Assembly: GCA_963715195.1 (NCBI GenBank)
Contig: CAVQRT010000002.1
Coordinates: 96,001-160,000, forward strand
Reading direction: 5' to 3'
DNA: 64,000 nucleotides
Origin: Thermodesulfovibrionales bacterium
GTDB lineage: Bacteria; Nitrospirota; Thermodesulfovibrionia; Thermodesulfovibrionales; SM23-35
Below the pieces are notes generated by a model, which had not been told where the DNA came from, did no database searches, and saw only the letters and a program-made list of their open reading frames with translations. Each line of letters starts with the position of its first letter. Within the stretch, counting starts at the first letter, position 1. A program made the position numbers and the translations under genes. Below are positions 1-10,218 of this stretch, in pieces.

Positions 1-1
1 A

Positions 2-505
2 GGGAAAGGGTCGCTTGTACACTTTCACCTTGATCCTGAACCTTGGATCATTCAGATGGGGACATTTTCGAAGGCGCTAGGCTCTTTCGGGGCTTTCCTT
101 GCCGGAGGCTCCGATATCATCGAGTGGATGGTAAATGCCGCACGGAGCTTTATGTATTCAACAGCTCTGCCCTCCTGCATTATTGCCGCATCGATAGCTG
201 CTCTGGAACTCATTGAACATGATTTGCATATTGTGAATCAATTATGGAGAAACAGGGATAAGGCAGTTCATGGCATTATCGCTGCAGGGCATGACATCAT
301 GGGGAGTGAAACTCCTATCATCCCTGTCAGGACCGGAAGCGTGCAAAACACCCTGCGAATTGCGAAATACCTTTTGGGAAAAGGCATCTTCGCACCTGCA
401 ATCAGGCCTCCTTCCGTAAAGGACGCGCGGATAAGAATCTGCATTACCGCAGCACACACTGATGAGGATATAGAAAGACTGATAGATGCGCTGAAAAAAA
501 TTTAG
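2..505 (+). CDS. bioF: 8-amino-7-oxononanoate synthase, 5'-truncated by window edge
   Basis: Frame open from base 2; GTFSKALG PLP-lysine motif, AIRPPSV, next to bioD. Confidence 0.92.
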   Translation, partial: GKGSLVHFHLDPEPWIIQMGTFSKALGSFGAFLAGGSDIIEWMVNAARSFMYSTALPSCIIAASIAALELIEHDLHIVNQLWRNRDKAVHGIIAAGHDIMGSETPIIPVRTGSVQNTLRIAKYLLGKGIFAPAIRPPSVKDARIRICITAAHTDEDIERLIDALKKI

Positions 506-510
506 AAACA

Positions 511-588
511 GGATACAAGGATTCGAGGGGCCAAGGGTTCGAGTGAAAAGAATGATCAACATTTGAAATACTTGACCCCTTGAAACCT
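511..588. repeat. Octamer-type inverted repeat doublet
   Basis: 517-542 AAGGATTCGAGGGGCCAAGGGTTCGA is the exact reverse complement of 15535-15560; inverted arm CTTGACCCCTTGAAACCT follows. Confidence 0.75.
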
Positions 589-1335
589 ATGAAAATTATG
601 CCAAAAGGATTCTTTATAACAGGCACCGATACCGGAGTGGGCAAAACAATCGTAACCGGAGCGCTTGTGAAGTCTGCTCAGTTTCTCGGATTCATGACCG
701 TCGGGATGAAGCCGGTAGAGACCGGATGCACAAAGACAGCAGGAAGTGGACAGGATAGAGAATTTAGGAACGACTCCCTGATTCCTTCCGACGGAAAGTT
801 TCTCCGAGAGATATCCGGTACAGAAGCATCACTTGACCTCATAACACCAGTGCGTTTCGAAAATCCACTGGCTCCCCTGCCGGCCTCTGAAATTGAAGGG
901 ATACCCGTTGACATACGGAAAATTACCGATGCATTTGTAACCCTGTCACAAAAATATGATGTGTTCATTATTGAAGGTGTTGGAGGAATCCTCGTGCCGA
1001 TTACAGAAGGTTATTCCGTGATCGATATGGCAAGGGATTTTGGTCTGCCGGTCATTGTTGTTGCAAGACCAGGGCTCGGAACAATCAACCATACATTGCT
1101 GACAGTACGTTATGCGCTGAAGGAAGGCCTATCTATTGCAGGGGTAATCATTAATTATACCCAACCGGCTGAAGGGACGATTGCCGAACAGACAAATCCA
1201 CCGGTTCTTGAAAAGATTTGTCCTGTCCCGGTTTTAGGGATCTTTCCTTATCTGAACAATATGGATAGCAGAGCTATCGAGAATGCCGCCCTAACAAATC
1301 TGAATCTGGAGATGATCAAAAAATATCTATACTAA
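589..1335 (+). CDS. bioD: Dethiobiotin synthase
   Basis: FITGTDTGVGKT P-loop, IEGVGG, LGTINHT; start 589 or 598. Confidence 0.95.
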   Translation: MKIMPKGFFITGTDTGVGKTIVTGALVKSAQFLGFMTVGMKPVETGCTKTAGSGQDREFRNDSLIPSDGKFLREISGTEASLDLITPVRFENPLAPLPASEIEGIPVDIRKITDAFVTLSQKYDVFIIEGVGGILVPITEGYSVIDMARDFGLPVIVVARPGLGTINHTLLTVRYALKEGLSIAGVIINYTQPAEGTIAEQTNPPVLEKICPVPVLGIFPYLNNMDSRAIENAALTNLNLEMIKKYLY

Positions 1336-2204
1336 AGCAGCTTCAGACCGGTCAGAACCTTTTTCAGCTTTTCCCTGTTTGCCGGAGCCATTTCACAAAG
1401 AGGCATTCTGAACTCTTCCTGAATTTTACCCATCATTGCAAGTGCAGTCTTTACCGGAATCGGATTTGTTTCGATGAACATGGCTGCATTTAAAGGTTCA
1501 AGCTTGTAATGCAATGCCCGTGCCTTATCATGCTGACCCTTCATCCAGAGGGAGCACATTTGGGACACTTCCTTGGGCATAACATTCGCTGAGACTGAGA
1601 TGACGCCTTTCCCGCCAAGTGCAAGGAGCGTCAGGGTAGTGAAGTCATCCCCAGAGATAACCGTCATTCTGTCCCCGCAGAGTCTGATAACCTCGCTGAC
1701 CTGCTTCATGTCACCGGTTGCCTCTTTGATAGCAATAATATTTTTAATCTCTGCAAGACGGGCAACTGTCGGAGGCAACATATTGACTGCAGTCCGTCCG
1801 GGGACATTGTATAAAACGATCGGGATATCAACCTTATCAGCAACTTCTTTATAGTGCCTGTAAAGACCTTCCTGGGTCGGCTTATTATAGTAAGGAGTCA
1901 CCAGCAAGGCAGCGTCAGCACCTGATTTCTTGGCATGCATGGTTATCTCGACGGTTTCATCGGTAGAATTCGCACCGGTTCCGGCGATAACAGGGACCCT
2001 TCCGTTGACCGTTTTGACTGCTATATCGATTACCCTGTAGTGTTCTTTATAATCGAGCGTGGAAGCCTCACCGGTTGTGCCGCACGGGACTATAGCGTTT
2101 GTCCCTTGTGCGATATGCCACTCTATGAGATTCCCAAAGGCTTTCTCGTCTACCTTCCCCTTCTTAAAAGGTGTGACAATTGCGACTATCGATCCCTTCA
2201 GCAT
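1332..2204 (-). CDS. dapA: 4-hydroxy-tetrahydrodipicolinate synthase
   Basis: CGTTGE, YNVPGRT, IKEATG; AAGGAGG RBS favours start 2204. Confidence 0.97.
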   Translation of the reverse strand: MLKGSIVAIVTPFKKGKVDEKAFGNLIEWHIAQGTNAIVPCGTTGEASTLDYKEHYRVIDIAVKTVNGRVPVIAGTGANSTDETVEITMHAKKSGADAALLVTPYYNKPTQEGLYRHYKEVADKVDIPIVLYNVPGRTAVNMLPPTVARLAEIKNIIAIKEATGDMKQVSEVIRLCGDRMTVISGDDFTTLTLLALGGKGVISVSANVMPKEVSQMCSLWMKGQHDKARALHYKLEPLNAAMFIETNPIPVKTALAMMGKIQEEFRMPLCEMAPANREKLKKVLTGLKLL

Positions 2205-2245
2205 CGCTGCCTCCTTTTTCATGGAGTTTGCAGAAACTCCTGTTG

Positions 2246-3124
2246 TTATGAAATATCAACCAGCCCCTCGAACACCTGTGCGGCGGGTCCGGTCATGTAT
2301 ATATGCTTATTCGCAGTTTGCTCAATGAGGAGGTTGCCGCCTGTTACATGCACGGTCACTGTCGTCCCGGTGAGACCTTTCAGGGCAGATGCCGCTGCTG
2401 CTGCTGATGCACCGGTGCCGCATGCCATTGTCTCACCGGAGCCCCGCTCCCATACACGCATCTTTAATTCTTCCCTGTTCAAAACCTGTATGAATTCGAC
2501 ATTGGTTCTCTTGGGAAAAATCGAATGGGTTTCGATCATCGGCCCGTAGTATGTTACCGGGAAATCCGATACATCCGCAACAAAAACGACCGCATGCGGG
2601 TTACCCATGGACACACAGGTAATCCTGAATTCCCTGTCAGCTATCCGGAGAGGATAATCAATAATCCCCCCCGTACCCCCTTTAGAAAAGGGGGGCAAGG
2701 GGGGATTTGATTCTCCTGTAAGCCTGACCGGTATTTTTTCCGGCTCGAGGATCGGCTCCCCCATATCCACTTTCACCATAGCTCCTGATCTTTCGGGCCT
2801 TATAATGCCAGCGAGCGTCTCTATTTCAAGGACATTTTTATCGGACAGTTTTCTGTCCCAGATATAACGAGCGAGGCACCGTATCCCATTGCCGCACATT
2901 TCCACTTCGCTGCCGTCTGCGTTCAGGATCCTCATCCGAAAATCCGCCTTGCCTGAGTGATCAAGGAGAAGGATTTGGTCAGCACCGATGCCAAACCTCC
3001 GGTCACATAACCGTTTGCTGAACGCATGCAGGTCTTCTGCATCCGCTGGACCTGCCTCTTTTCTGCAATCTATGAGAATAAAGTCATTCCCAAGGCCCTG
3101 CATCTTTGTGAAGTGGATTTTCAT
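2246..3124 (-). CDS. dapF: Diaminopimelate epimerase with in-frame palindromic insert
   Basis: KMQGLGNDF, EMCGNG, ERGSGETMACGTG. Confidence 0.97.
   Translation of the reverse strand: MKIHFTKMQGLGNDFILIDCRKEAGPADAEDLHAFSKRLCDRRFGIGADQILLLDHSGKADFRMRILNADGSEVEMCGNGIRCLARYIWDRKLSDKNVLEIETLAGIIRPERSGAMVKVDMGEPILEPEKIPVRLTGESNPPLPPFSKGGTGGIIDYPLRIADREFRITCVSMGNPHAVVFVADVSDFPVTYYGPMIETHSIFPKRTNVEFIQVLNREELKMRVWERGSGETMACGTGASAAAAASALKGLTGTTVTVHVTGGNLLIEQTANKHIYMTGPAAQVFEGLVDIS
2663..2707. repeat. 45 bp C/G-tract palindromic element inside dapF
   Basis: AATCCCCCC..CCCCCTTTAGAAAAGGGGG..GGGGGGATT; related intergenic copy at 29250-29292. Confidence 0.85.
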
Positions 3125-4377
3125 TTCAAGAATGAGGGAATCCGGTCGTTTCTCACGAGATCATCATATGTCTCGCGCTTTCTGATCAAAAAATGCCGTT
3201 TTCCCCTCACGAGCACCTCGGCTACCCGCGGCCTGCTGTTATAGTTTGAACTCATGGAAAACCCGTAGGCACCCGCACTCATGACGGCAAGATATTCTCC
3301 CTGCTTGAGCTTTGAGAGCTCTCTCTCTTTCGCAAGAAAGTCACCTGATTCGCATATGGGGCCGACCACATCACAAAGGATCTTGTTTCTCCTTGTCCTG
3401 ACAACAGGCACGATATGATGATAGGCGTCGTAAAGAGAGGGCCTGATCAGATCATTCATGCCGGCATCCACAATGATAAATTCCTTTTCGATCCCTTCCT
3501 TCAGATAAAGTGTCTTTGTGACCAGAATGCCTGCATTGCCGACAATTGACCTTCCCGGTTCCATTATAAGGGTAAGATTCCGCCCTTTGAGAAGAGGGAT
3601 AAGGTTCTTTGCCAGATCTTCGGGAACCGGAGGTTCCTCATCCCTGTAAGAGATACCAAGCCCACCGCCAACATCGAGGTACTGTAACGATACGCCCTCT
3701 GCATTCAGGGCATCAATAAGGAGCAATATTCTTTTCAGGGCATCGACAAATGGTGAAACCTTGGTGATCTGTGAGCCTATGTGTTTATGGACGCCAACAA
3801 CAACCACATTGCCGAGTTTTTCAGCAAGATTATAGTATTCAAGTGCAAGGTCTATGGGGATTCCGAATTTATGTTTCTTCATCCCTGTCGTAATATACGG
3901 ATGGGTTCCGGGATCAATATCCGGATTGATACGCAAAGCGATTGGGGCCCGTGTTTTCATCGTCCCTGCAACCCTGTTAATCTCCCTCAATTCGTCTTCG
4001 GACTCCACGTTGAACATGAGAATCTTTTTTCTCAGCGCAAACTTTATCTCGTCTTCAGTCTTCCCCACACCCGCATATACGATTTTCTGAGAAGGTATAC
4101 CAGATTTTAACGCAACATGGAGCTCTCCTCCTGAGACGATATCGGCACCCCCGCCGTGCCTGGAGAACAACCTGAGGATAGCGGTATTTGGATTGGATTT
4201 CACAGCAAAGCAGGTAATGTGCGGATAGCCGTCAAAGGCACTTTCGTATGCCATAAAATGCCTGAGAAGAGTATCATAGCTGTATATGTACAGCGGCGTG
4301 CCGTAGTATCTAGCAAGTTCTTTTACCGGTACTTCTTCAGCATATAATTCACCTGACCGGTATTGGAAATAATGCAT
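3121..4377 (-). CDS. lysA: Diaminopimelate decarboxylase
   Basis: FAVKSN, HIGSQI, EPGRS, GPICESGD. Confidence 0.97.
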   Translation of the reverse strand: MHYFQYRSGELYAEEVPVKELARYYGTPLYIYSYDTLLRHFMAYESAFDGYPHITCFAVKSNPNTAILRLFSRHGGGADIVSGGELHVALKSGIPSQKIVYAGVGKTEDEIKFALRKKILMFNVESEDELREINRVAGTMKTRAPIALRINPDIDPGTHPYITTGMKKHKFGIPIDLALEYYNLAEKLGNVVVVGVHKHIGSQITKVSPFVDALKRILLLIDALNAEGVSLQYLDVGGGLGISYRDEEPPVPEDLAKNLIPLLKGRNLTLIMEPGRSIVGNAGILVTKTLYLKEGIEKEFIIVDAGMNDLIRPSLYDAYHHIVPVVRTRRNKILCDVVGPICESGDFLAKERELSKLKQGEYLAVMSAGAYGFSMSSNYNSRPRVAEVLVRGKRHFLIRKRETYDDLVRNDRIPSFLK

Positions 4378-4532
4378 GGAACTCTCCCGCTGTCAAGATT
4401 TGTGCTCTATTTTAAACATAATATTTCTTTTTCCACAAGGCAAAGACAGGAAGTGTCTTGGCTTTGATGCGACCATCTATGGTACATTTTTAAAGGAACT
4501 GTTCTTACATTTTGCCAGAATTTTTTTTCGAT

Positions 4533-4626
4533 GTCATTCCCGCTCGTCGGGAATCTTTCTTCAGCTGCTGTTCATTAAGTGACTTGGAGCCATGATTAAG
4601 AATGATTCTGGACAAGCCAGAATGAC
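4533..4626. repeat. REP/REPIN-like doublet (GTCATTC family)
   Basis: GTCATTCCCGCTCGTCGGGAATC ... GATTCTGGACAAGCCAGAATGAC, inverted pair of short hairpins. Confidence 0.85.
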
Positions 4627-4665
4627 ATATAAGAGATATTAATTGAAGATTAAATGGAGGTTCAA

Positions 4666-6615
4666 TTGGGGAAAAACATCGTAGAGAAAATATTCGAGAC
4701 ACACAGAGTTTACGGCAATATCAGAACAGAAACCCCTGTCGGGTTAACAGTTGACCAGGTCTATACACAGGATGCAACCGGCACCATGACCTGGCTGCAG
4801 TTCGAGGCCATAGGTATCGACAGGATAAAAGTCCCGCTCGCTGTCTCCTACGTTGATCACAACATGATCCAGTCCAATTACATGAACCCGGATGATCACC
4901 TGTTTCTCCAAACAATTGCAGCGCGGTACGGTGCCCATTTTTCGAGGCCCGGCAACGGCATAAGCCACCAGGTGCACCTTGAACGGTTTGCCGCTCCCGG
5001 GAAGATAGCACTCGGCACAGACAGCCATACACCTACGGGCGGCGGCATGGGAATGATTGCTGTCGGCGTCGGCGGGCTTGATGCAGCAACTGTCATGGCC
5101 GGTGCACCGTTCGAACTCACTATGCCAAAAATTGTTCTGATGAGACTGCAGGGCAGATTGACCCGTCCTTGGGTCACTGCAATGGACGTGATCCTTGAGA
5201 TTCTGAGAAGACTTTCCGTTAAAGGCGGCGTAGGGAAGATTCTGGAGTATGGCGGTCCCGGCGTCAAAGATTTGAATGTGCCGGAAAGGGCAACAATTAC
5301 CAATATGGGTGCAGAGCTTGGAGCAACAACTTCGATATTCCCGAGTGACAGAAGGACGAAACATTTTTTAAAGGCCCAGGGAAGAGAATCCGACTGGATT
5401 GAGCTTAGTGCCGACCATGACGCCGAATATGCCGATATAATGGATATCAACTTATCTGAGATAGAGCCGATGATTGCACAGCCGCACAGCCCTGATAACG
5501 TGGTGCCGGTAAAAGATCTCACCGGGACAAAGGTTGATCAGGTCTGTATCGGAAGCTGTACGAATTCTTCATACCGGATGATGCAGTCTGTTGCCTCCAT
5601 TCTGAAAGGAAATTCTGTGGCAGAAGGCGTGAATCTACTCGTCAATCCCGGCTCAAGGCAGGTATACGAGATGCTCTCACGCAAAGGTTTTATTGCAGAC
5701 ATGATAGCCGCTGGGGCACGCATGCTCGAATCTTCATGCGGACCCTGTATCGGCATGGGAGGAGCTCCCGGCTCGGGACAGATATCCATCAGGTCGTACA
5801 ACAGGAACTTTAGGGGCAGAAGCGGAAGCAGGGATGCGTTTGTCTATCTTGCAAGTCCGATCTCCTGTGCAGTCTTCGCTCTGAGAGGCCACATTGTCGA
5901 TCCGCGGGGCGCGGGTTTGAAAAGTGAAATCCACCGCGAACCTGTTCATTTCATCACCAATGATAATATGATCATAAAACCTGCTGAGGGAGCAGCTTCG
6001 GTAAAGGTTGTAAAAGGTCCGAATATCAGGGAAGTTCCGGTGAAAGAACCCATTGGCGACACGATACAGGCAGAGGTGCTACTGAAATTAGGCGATAACA
6101 TTACGACAGACGACATCATGCCCGCGGGGTCAACAATACTTCCACTCCGTTCAAATATTCCTGCAATATCCGAGTATGTGTTTTCCAATATCGATAATAC
6201 ATTCAGCAAACGGGCGAAGGAGGCAAAATCAACGGGAGGCGGACTGATTATCGGCGGTGATAATTACGGTCAGGGCTCATCAAGAGAGCATGCTGCACTT
6301 GCCCCCATGTTCCTGGGGGTTAAGGCAGTCATGGCTAAGTCTTTTGCACGCATCCACCGGTCGAACCTGGTTAATTTTGGTATCATACCGTTCCTTTTTG
6401 AGAACGCGGAGGATTATGACAAAGTGGAGAAAGGCGACAGGTTGATGATCGAAAATGCACTGCAGACATTGAGAGGGAACCAGGCCTATACCATCCTCAA
6501 CCAGACAAAACAATACTCATTCAAAGTATCAACGAATCTGAATGAGAGGGAGAAGGAGCTTATTATCTCGGGAGGACTCCTCCCGCATACGAAGAATCTG
6601 GTCCGGGATATTTGA
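4666..6615 (+). CDS. Aconitate hydratase (short ~650 aa type)
   Basis: TQDATG, DSHT, IGSCTN, CGPCIG, NYGQGSSREHA; GGAGG RBS before TTG at 4666. Confidence 0.9.
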   Translation: MGKNIVEKIFETHRVYGNIRTETPVGLTVDQVYTQDATGTMTWLQFEAIGIDRIKVPLAVSYVDHNMIQSNYMNPDDHLFLQTIAARYGAHFSRPGNGISHQVHLERFAAPGKIALGTDSHTPTGGGMGMIAVGVGGLDAATVMAGAPFELTMPKIVLMRLQGRLTRPWVTAMDVILEILRRLSVKGGVGKILEYGGPGVKDLNVPERATITNMGAELGATTSIFPSDRRTKHFLKAQGRESDWIELSADHDAEYADIMDINLSEIEPMIAQPHSPDNVVPVKDLTGTKVDQVCIGSCTNSSYRMMQSVASILKGNSVAEGVNLLVNPGSRQVYEMLSRKGFIADMIAAGARMLESSCGPCIGMGGAPGSGQISIRSYNRNFRGRSGSRDAFVYLASPISCAVFALRGHIVDPRGAGLKSEIHREPVHFITNDNMIIKPAEGAASVKVVKGPNIREVPVKEPIGDTIQAEVLLKLGDNITTDDIMPAGSTILPLRSNIPAISEYVFSNIDNTFSKRAKEAKSTGGGLIIGGDNYGQGSSREHAALAPMFLGVKAVMAKSFARIHRSNLVNFGIIPFLFENAEDYDKVEKGDRLMIENALQTLRGNQAYTILNQTKQYSFKVSTNLNEREKELIISGGLLPHTKNLVRDI

Positions 6616-6641
6616 CAAGAACCTGTTTTTTCAATTAGATT
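6612..6641 (+). promoter_or_regulatory. sigma70-like promoter of tRNA-Lys/Glu pair
   Basis: TTGACA-N18-TAGATT ending 13 nt before tRNA-Lys. Confidence 0.6.
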
Positions 6642-6654
6642 ATTAGTCTACTTT

Positions 6655-6730
6655 GGGCCGCTAGCTCAGTTGGTAGAGCAACGCCCTTTTAAGGCGTGGG
6701 TCGTTGGTTCGAATCCAACGCGGCTCACCA
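6655..6730 (+). tRNA. tRNA-Lys(TTT)
   Basis: Cloverleaf, anticodon loop CTTTTAA, TTCGAAT, encoded CCA. Confidence 0.97.
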
Positions 6731-6735
6731 GATGC

Positions 6736-6813
6736 GTCCCCATCGTCTAGCTCGGCCTAGGACATCGCCCTTTCAAGGCGGTAACACGGGTTCAAATCCC
6801 GTTGGGGACGCCA
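6736..6813 (+). tRNA. tRNA-Glu(TTC)
   Basis: Cloverleaf, anticodon loop CTTTCAA, encoded CCA. Confidence 0.97.
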
Positions 6814-6868
6814 ATTTTTTCATGGTGTCTATTGACTTCAGTTCCCTCCATTGCTAATTTATCTTTCT

Positions 6869-7829
6869 GTGAAAACAATAAGGACATTATGTGTATTGCT
6901 CCTGCTCTCTTTCTCTCCTGTAACCCATGCCTTTGATGGCCCTCTGCAGGTTAAGAATCAGTTCCCGCTATTCATGTATATTAATGCGCCGTATTTAGAA
7001 AAAGCCTCTCTTGACAATTCATTTTCCGCAAGTTTCTCATATGCAAGCATCTATCTCGTGAAAGAGTCGTCTGAATGGTCGGCGGGTCTTGATATGGAAG
7101 TTGCGGAGCTCAATCTCAGATTCAGGAAAACCTTCAGAGATTTCATCGAATTCGGCGTTGAACTACCGATTGTCAGTTTCAACTCAGGATTCATGGACGG
7201 ATTCCTCAAATAGTTATCACAATGCCTTTGGGTTTCCTGATTATGGAAGAAGCCAGAGACCTGATAATACGTTTCTCTACAAAGTGAGAAGAACCGGCGA
7301 TCGCGTCATCACAGGAGAAAGTGGCCGTCTTGGATTGGGTGATATGAAACTTTCAGTCAAAAAACCGATAGTAAAAGGTGACCCTGCCATCAGTATCAGG
7401 GGTGATATCGAATTCCCAACAGGTGACGCTGAATCTGGATATGGGAACGGCAGCTTTGACGCCGGAGTCAGCCTGCTGATTGAAAAAACATTGAGTGACA
7501 TATTCAAAACGTATGGGAATCTCGGGATTGGTTTCCCGGGTAATCTAAGAGGATATGAGACTATTGATCTTGAAAAATACATACACGGTGGAGTAGCTTT
7601 CGAAGGAAAAGTATGGAAGGATATTGACATCATTGGACAGGTGTTTATTCAGGGATCTCCGTTACCAAAAACCGGCATCGGCCAGTTGGACAGGACAGCG
7701 GTACTCCTCTCCCTTGGAGGAAGGTATCATTCGGGTAGCAACAGTTTTGAATTTTCATTGACCGAAGACCCGAATACTGCTGGCGCTCCTGATGTTATGT
7801 TCAATTTTACTTTAAAGAGGGGCTTCTAA
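6869..7829 (+). CDS. Exported/outer-membrane protein (DUF3187-like), one frameshift at ~7209
   Basis: Signal peptide; GFMDGFL joins SYHNAFGFPDYGR if one A is removed; beta-rich; C-terminal Phe. Confidence 0.65.
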
Positions 7830-7900
7830 CTTCAAACACTGGAATGCATGAATCCTCAAAACCTTGAATCCTTTTTCGTTTGTAAGCTATCATGCAGAGT

Positions 7901-8377
7901 ATGAAAATTCGCAAAAAAAAGCTGAGACCGGACTGGGACGAATATTTCATCGGCATTGCAAAGGCGGTTGCATCCCGGGCCACCTGTCTCCGCAGAAAAT
8001 ACGGAGCAGTCATTACGAAGAATAATATTATCGTAAGCACCGGGTATAACGGAGCGCCGGCGGGGATGAGGGACTGTCTCGAGGTCGGGAGATGCACAAG
8101 GAAAGAATTGCAAATACCTCACGGTGAGAGATATGAACTCTGCCACAGTGTTCACGCCGAGGCAAATGCAATTATCCGCGCATCCGTCGACGAACTCTGG
8201 GGAGCAACAATGTATATAGCAGGCAGTGATAATGACAAGGGTGAATGTTTGTCAGAACCATGCATGATGTGCAAGAGAATGATACTCAATTCGCGGATTG
8301 CAAAGGTTGTTTATTCTGATGGTAAGAACGGATTCGCGGTCATCGATCCGAAAAAGTGGCTCAGGAAAAGAGTGTAA
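7901..8377 (+). CDS. dCMP/cytidine deaminase family (ComEB-like)
   Basis: RPDWDEYF, TGYNG, HAEANA, PCMMC zinc motifs. Confidence 0.92.
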   Translation: MKIRKKKLRPDWDEYFIGIAKAVASRATCLRRKYGAVITKNNIIVSTGYNGAPAGMRDCLEVGRCTRKELQIPHGERYELCHSVHAEANAIIRASVDELWGATMYIAGSDNDKGECLSEPCMMCKRMILNSRIAKVVYSDGKNGFAVIDPKKWLRKRV

Positions 8378-8398
8378 GACAAAAAGGGAGGCTCCATT

Positions 8399-9373
8399 TT
8401 GAAAACAGTTCTTGTGACAGGGTGTGCGGGTTTCATCGGATGGAAGGTATCGGAAAAACTGCTTGAGAAGAATATCGGCGTAGCCGGTATCGACAATATG
8501 AATGATTATTATGATACGAAATTGAAGATATGGAGACTTGATCAGTTAAAAAGGAATAAGCAATTTATTTTTCATCAGGGTGATATTGGCAGTTTTCAGG
8601 AAGTAAAAACAGTATTCGCAAATCATCAATTGGATGCGGTTATCAATCTCGCAGCCCGTGCCGGGGTAAGGGCATCGGTTGAGGACCCGTGGGCATATCT
8701 TGACACGAATACAAAAGGTACCTTGAATCTCCTCGAATGCTGCAAGGAATCCGGTGTGAAAAAATTTGTTCTCGCGTCAACATCGAGTCTCTACGGTTTC
8801 AACGAGATGCCGTTCAGAGAGACGGATAGGACAGACACTCCATTGGCACCCTATTCAGCCACAAAAAAAGGGGCCGAAGTTTTCTGCTTCAGTTACCATT
8901 ATCTTTTTGGCCTGGACGTAAGCATACCGAGATATTTCACGGTTTATGGACCCGCGGGGCGGCCCGACATGAGTATTTTTATTTTTATTAAGAATATCGA
9001 CAACGGTATTCCCATCACGGTATTCGGTGACGGCAAGCAGAAGAGGGACTTTTCCTTCATTGACGACATCGCGGACGGGACGTTACAATGCCTCCGGCCA
9101 TTTGGATATGAGATCTTCAACCTCGGAAATGACAACTCGGTAGAACTGATGTATGTAATCAATTTGATTGAAGAGGCACTCGGAAAGAAAGCGCGGATCA
9201 GATTTTCACCCCGCCATCCTGCTGATGTTGTGGCTACGTGGGCGGATATCGGAAAATCAAAGGCAAAGTTAAACTGGTCTCCAAAGACGACGATTGAAGA
9301 CGGGATAAAAAAAACCGTCCGGTGGTATACAGAAAACAGGGATTTTGTAAAGAGTTTGCGGGACCCATCCTGA
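8399..9373 (+). CDS. NAD-dependent epimerase (UDP-glucuronate 4-epimerase-like)
   Basis: TGCAGFIG, LAARAGVR, YSATKK, FTVYGPAGRPDM. Confidence 0.9.
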   Translation: MKTVLVTGCAGFIGWKVSEKLLEKNIGVAGIDNMNDYYDTKLKIWRLDQLKRNKQFIFHQGDIGSFQEVKTVFANHQLDAVINLAARAGVRASVEDPWAYLDTNTKGTLNLLECCKESGVKKFVLASTSSLYGFNEMPFRETDRTDTPLAPYSATKKGAEVFCFSYHYLFGLDVSIPRYFTVYGPAGRPDMSIFIFIKNIDNGIPITVFGDGKQKRDFSFIDDIADGTLQCLRPFGYEIFNLGNDNSVELMYVINLIEEALGKKARIRFSPRHPADVVATWADIGKSKAKLNWSPKTTIEDGIKKTVRWYTENRDFVKSLRDPS

Positions 9374-9452
9374 TGTCTCTCGTGCTGTAACAGCCGGCGT
9401 CCCCTGCCCGATTTACTTCCGCCAGCCGGTATTTGTGGTATCATTGATTTCC

Positions 9453-10178
9453 ATGGAAAAAAGACTTCAAAAAATTCTTGCGGAAATCGGGATTGCCTCG
9501 AGGAGGCGGGCAGAGGAATTGATCATTGAGGGCAGGGTGACTGTCAACGGCAAGATTGCAATGCTTGGGGTGAAGGCAGATCCTTACAGGGACCACATAA
9601 AACTCGACGGGAAACTCATCGTCAGGCCCGAACCCAAGGTTTATCTGATGCTCAACAAACCCAGAGGCGTCGTGACCTCTCTCAAAGACCCGGAGGGAAG
9701 ACCGACTGTTAAAGACTGCCTGAAGAATGTAAAATATAGAGTTTTTCCAGTTGGCAGGCTTGATTATGACTCCGAGGGGCTGCTTTTACTAACGAATGAT
9801 GGTGATTTTGCCCAGGCGATACTCCATCCGTCAAAAAAGATCCCGAAGTCATATCTTGTGAAGGTTAAAGGGACACCCGGGGAAGAGGAGATGAAAAAAT
9901 TACGGATTGGGATCAAACTCGAAGATGGAGTAACAGCGCCTGCTAGACTTCAAAAAGTCAGGTCTACAGAAAACAATACCTGGATGGAAATCACAATCCA
10001 TGAGGGCCGGAAGAGGCAGATACGAAGGATGCTGGAGCAGACAGGTCACTCCGTTCTCAAATTGAAAAGGACAAGAATAGACGGTATCGAATTGGGGAAT
10101 CTGAAACCGGGAGAATACAGATATTTAAAACCGGAAGAGATCTCTAAAATCAAAAGAGAAATTATCGGTTCTATTTAG
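9453..10178 (+). CDS. rluB: RsuA/RluB-family rRNA pseudouridine synthase
   Basis: S4 domain RLQKILA, GRLDYDSEGLLL, EGRKRQIRRM. Confidence 0.85.
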   Translation: MEKRLQKILAEIGIASRRRAEELIIEGRVTVNGKIAMLGVKADPYRDHIKLDGKLIVRPEPKVYLMLNKPRGVVTSLKDPEGRPTVKDCLKNVKYRVFPVGRLDYDSEGLLLLTNDGDFAQAILHPSKKIPKSYLVKVKGTPGEEEMKKLRIGIKLEDGVTAPARLQKVRSTENNTWMEITIHEGRKRQIRRMLEQTGHSVLKLKRTRIDGIELGNLKPGEYRYLKPEEISKIKREIIGSI

Positions 10179-10218
10179 TATTTAGTGCTTTGGTGTTTGA
10201 ATGTAATGTGGAGGATAC

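Noticed and set aside
7901..8377. Deaminase as an anti-phage dCTP deaminase
   Set aside because: Short single-domain ComEB-like protein without a kinase domain, in housekeeping context.
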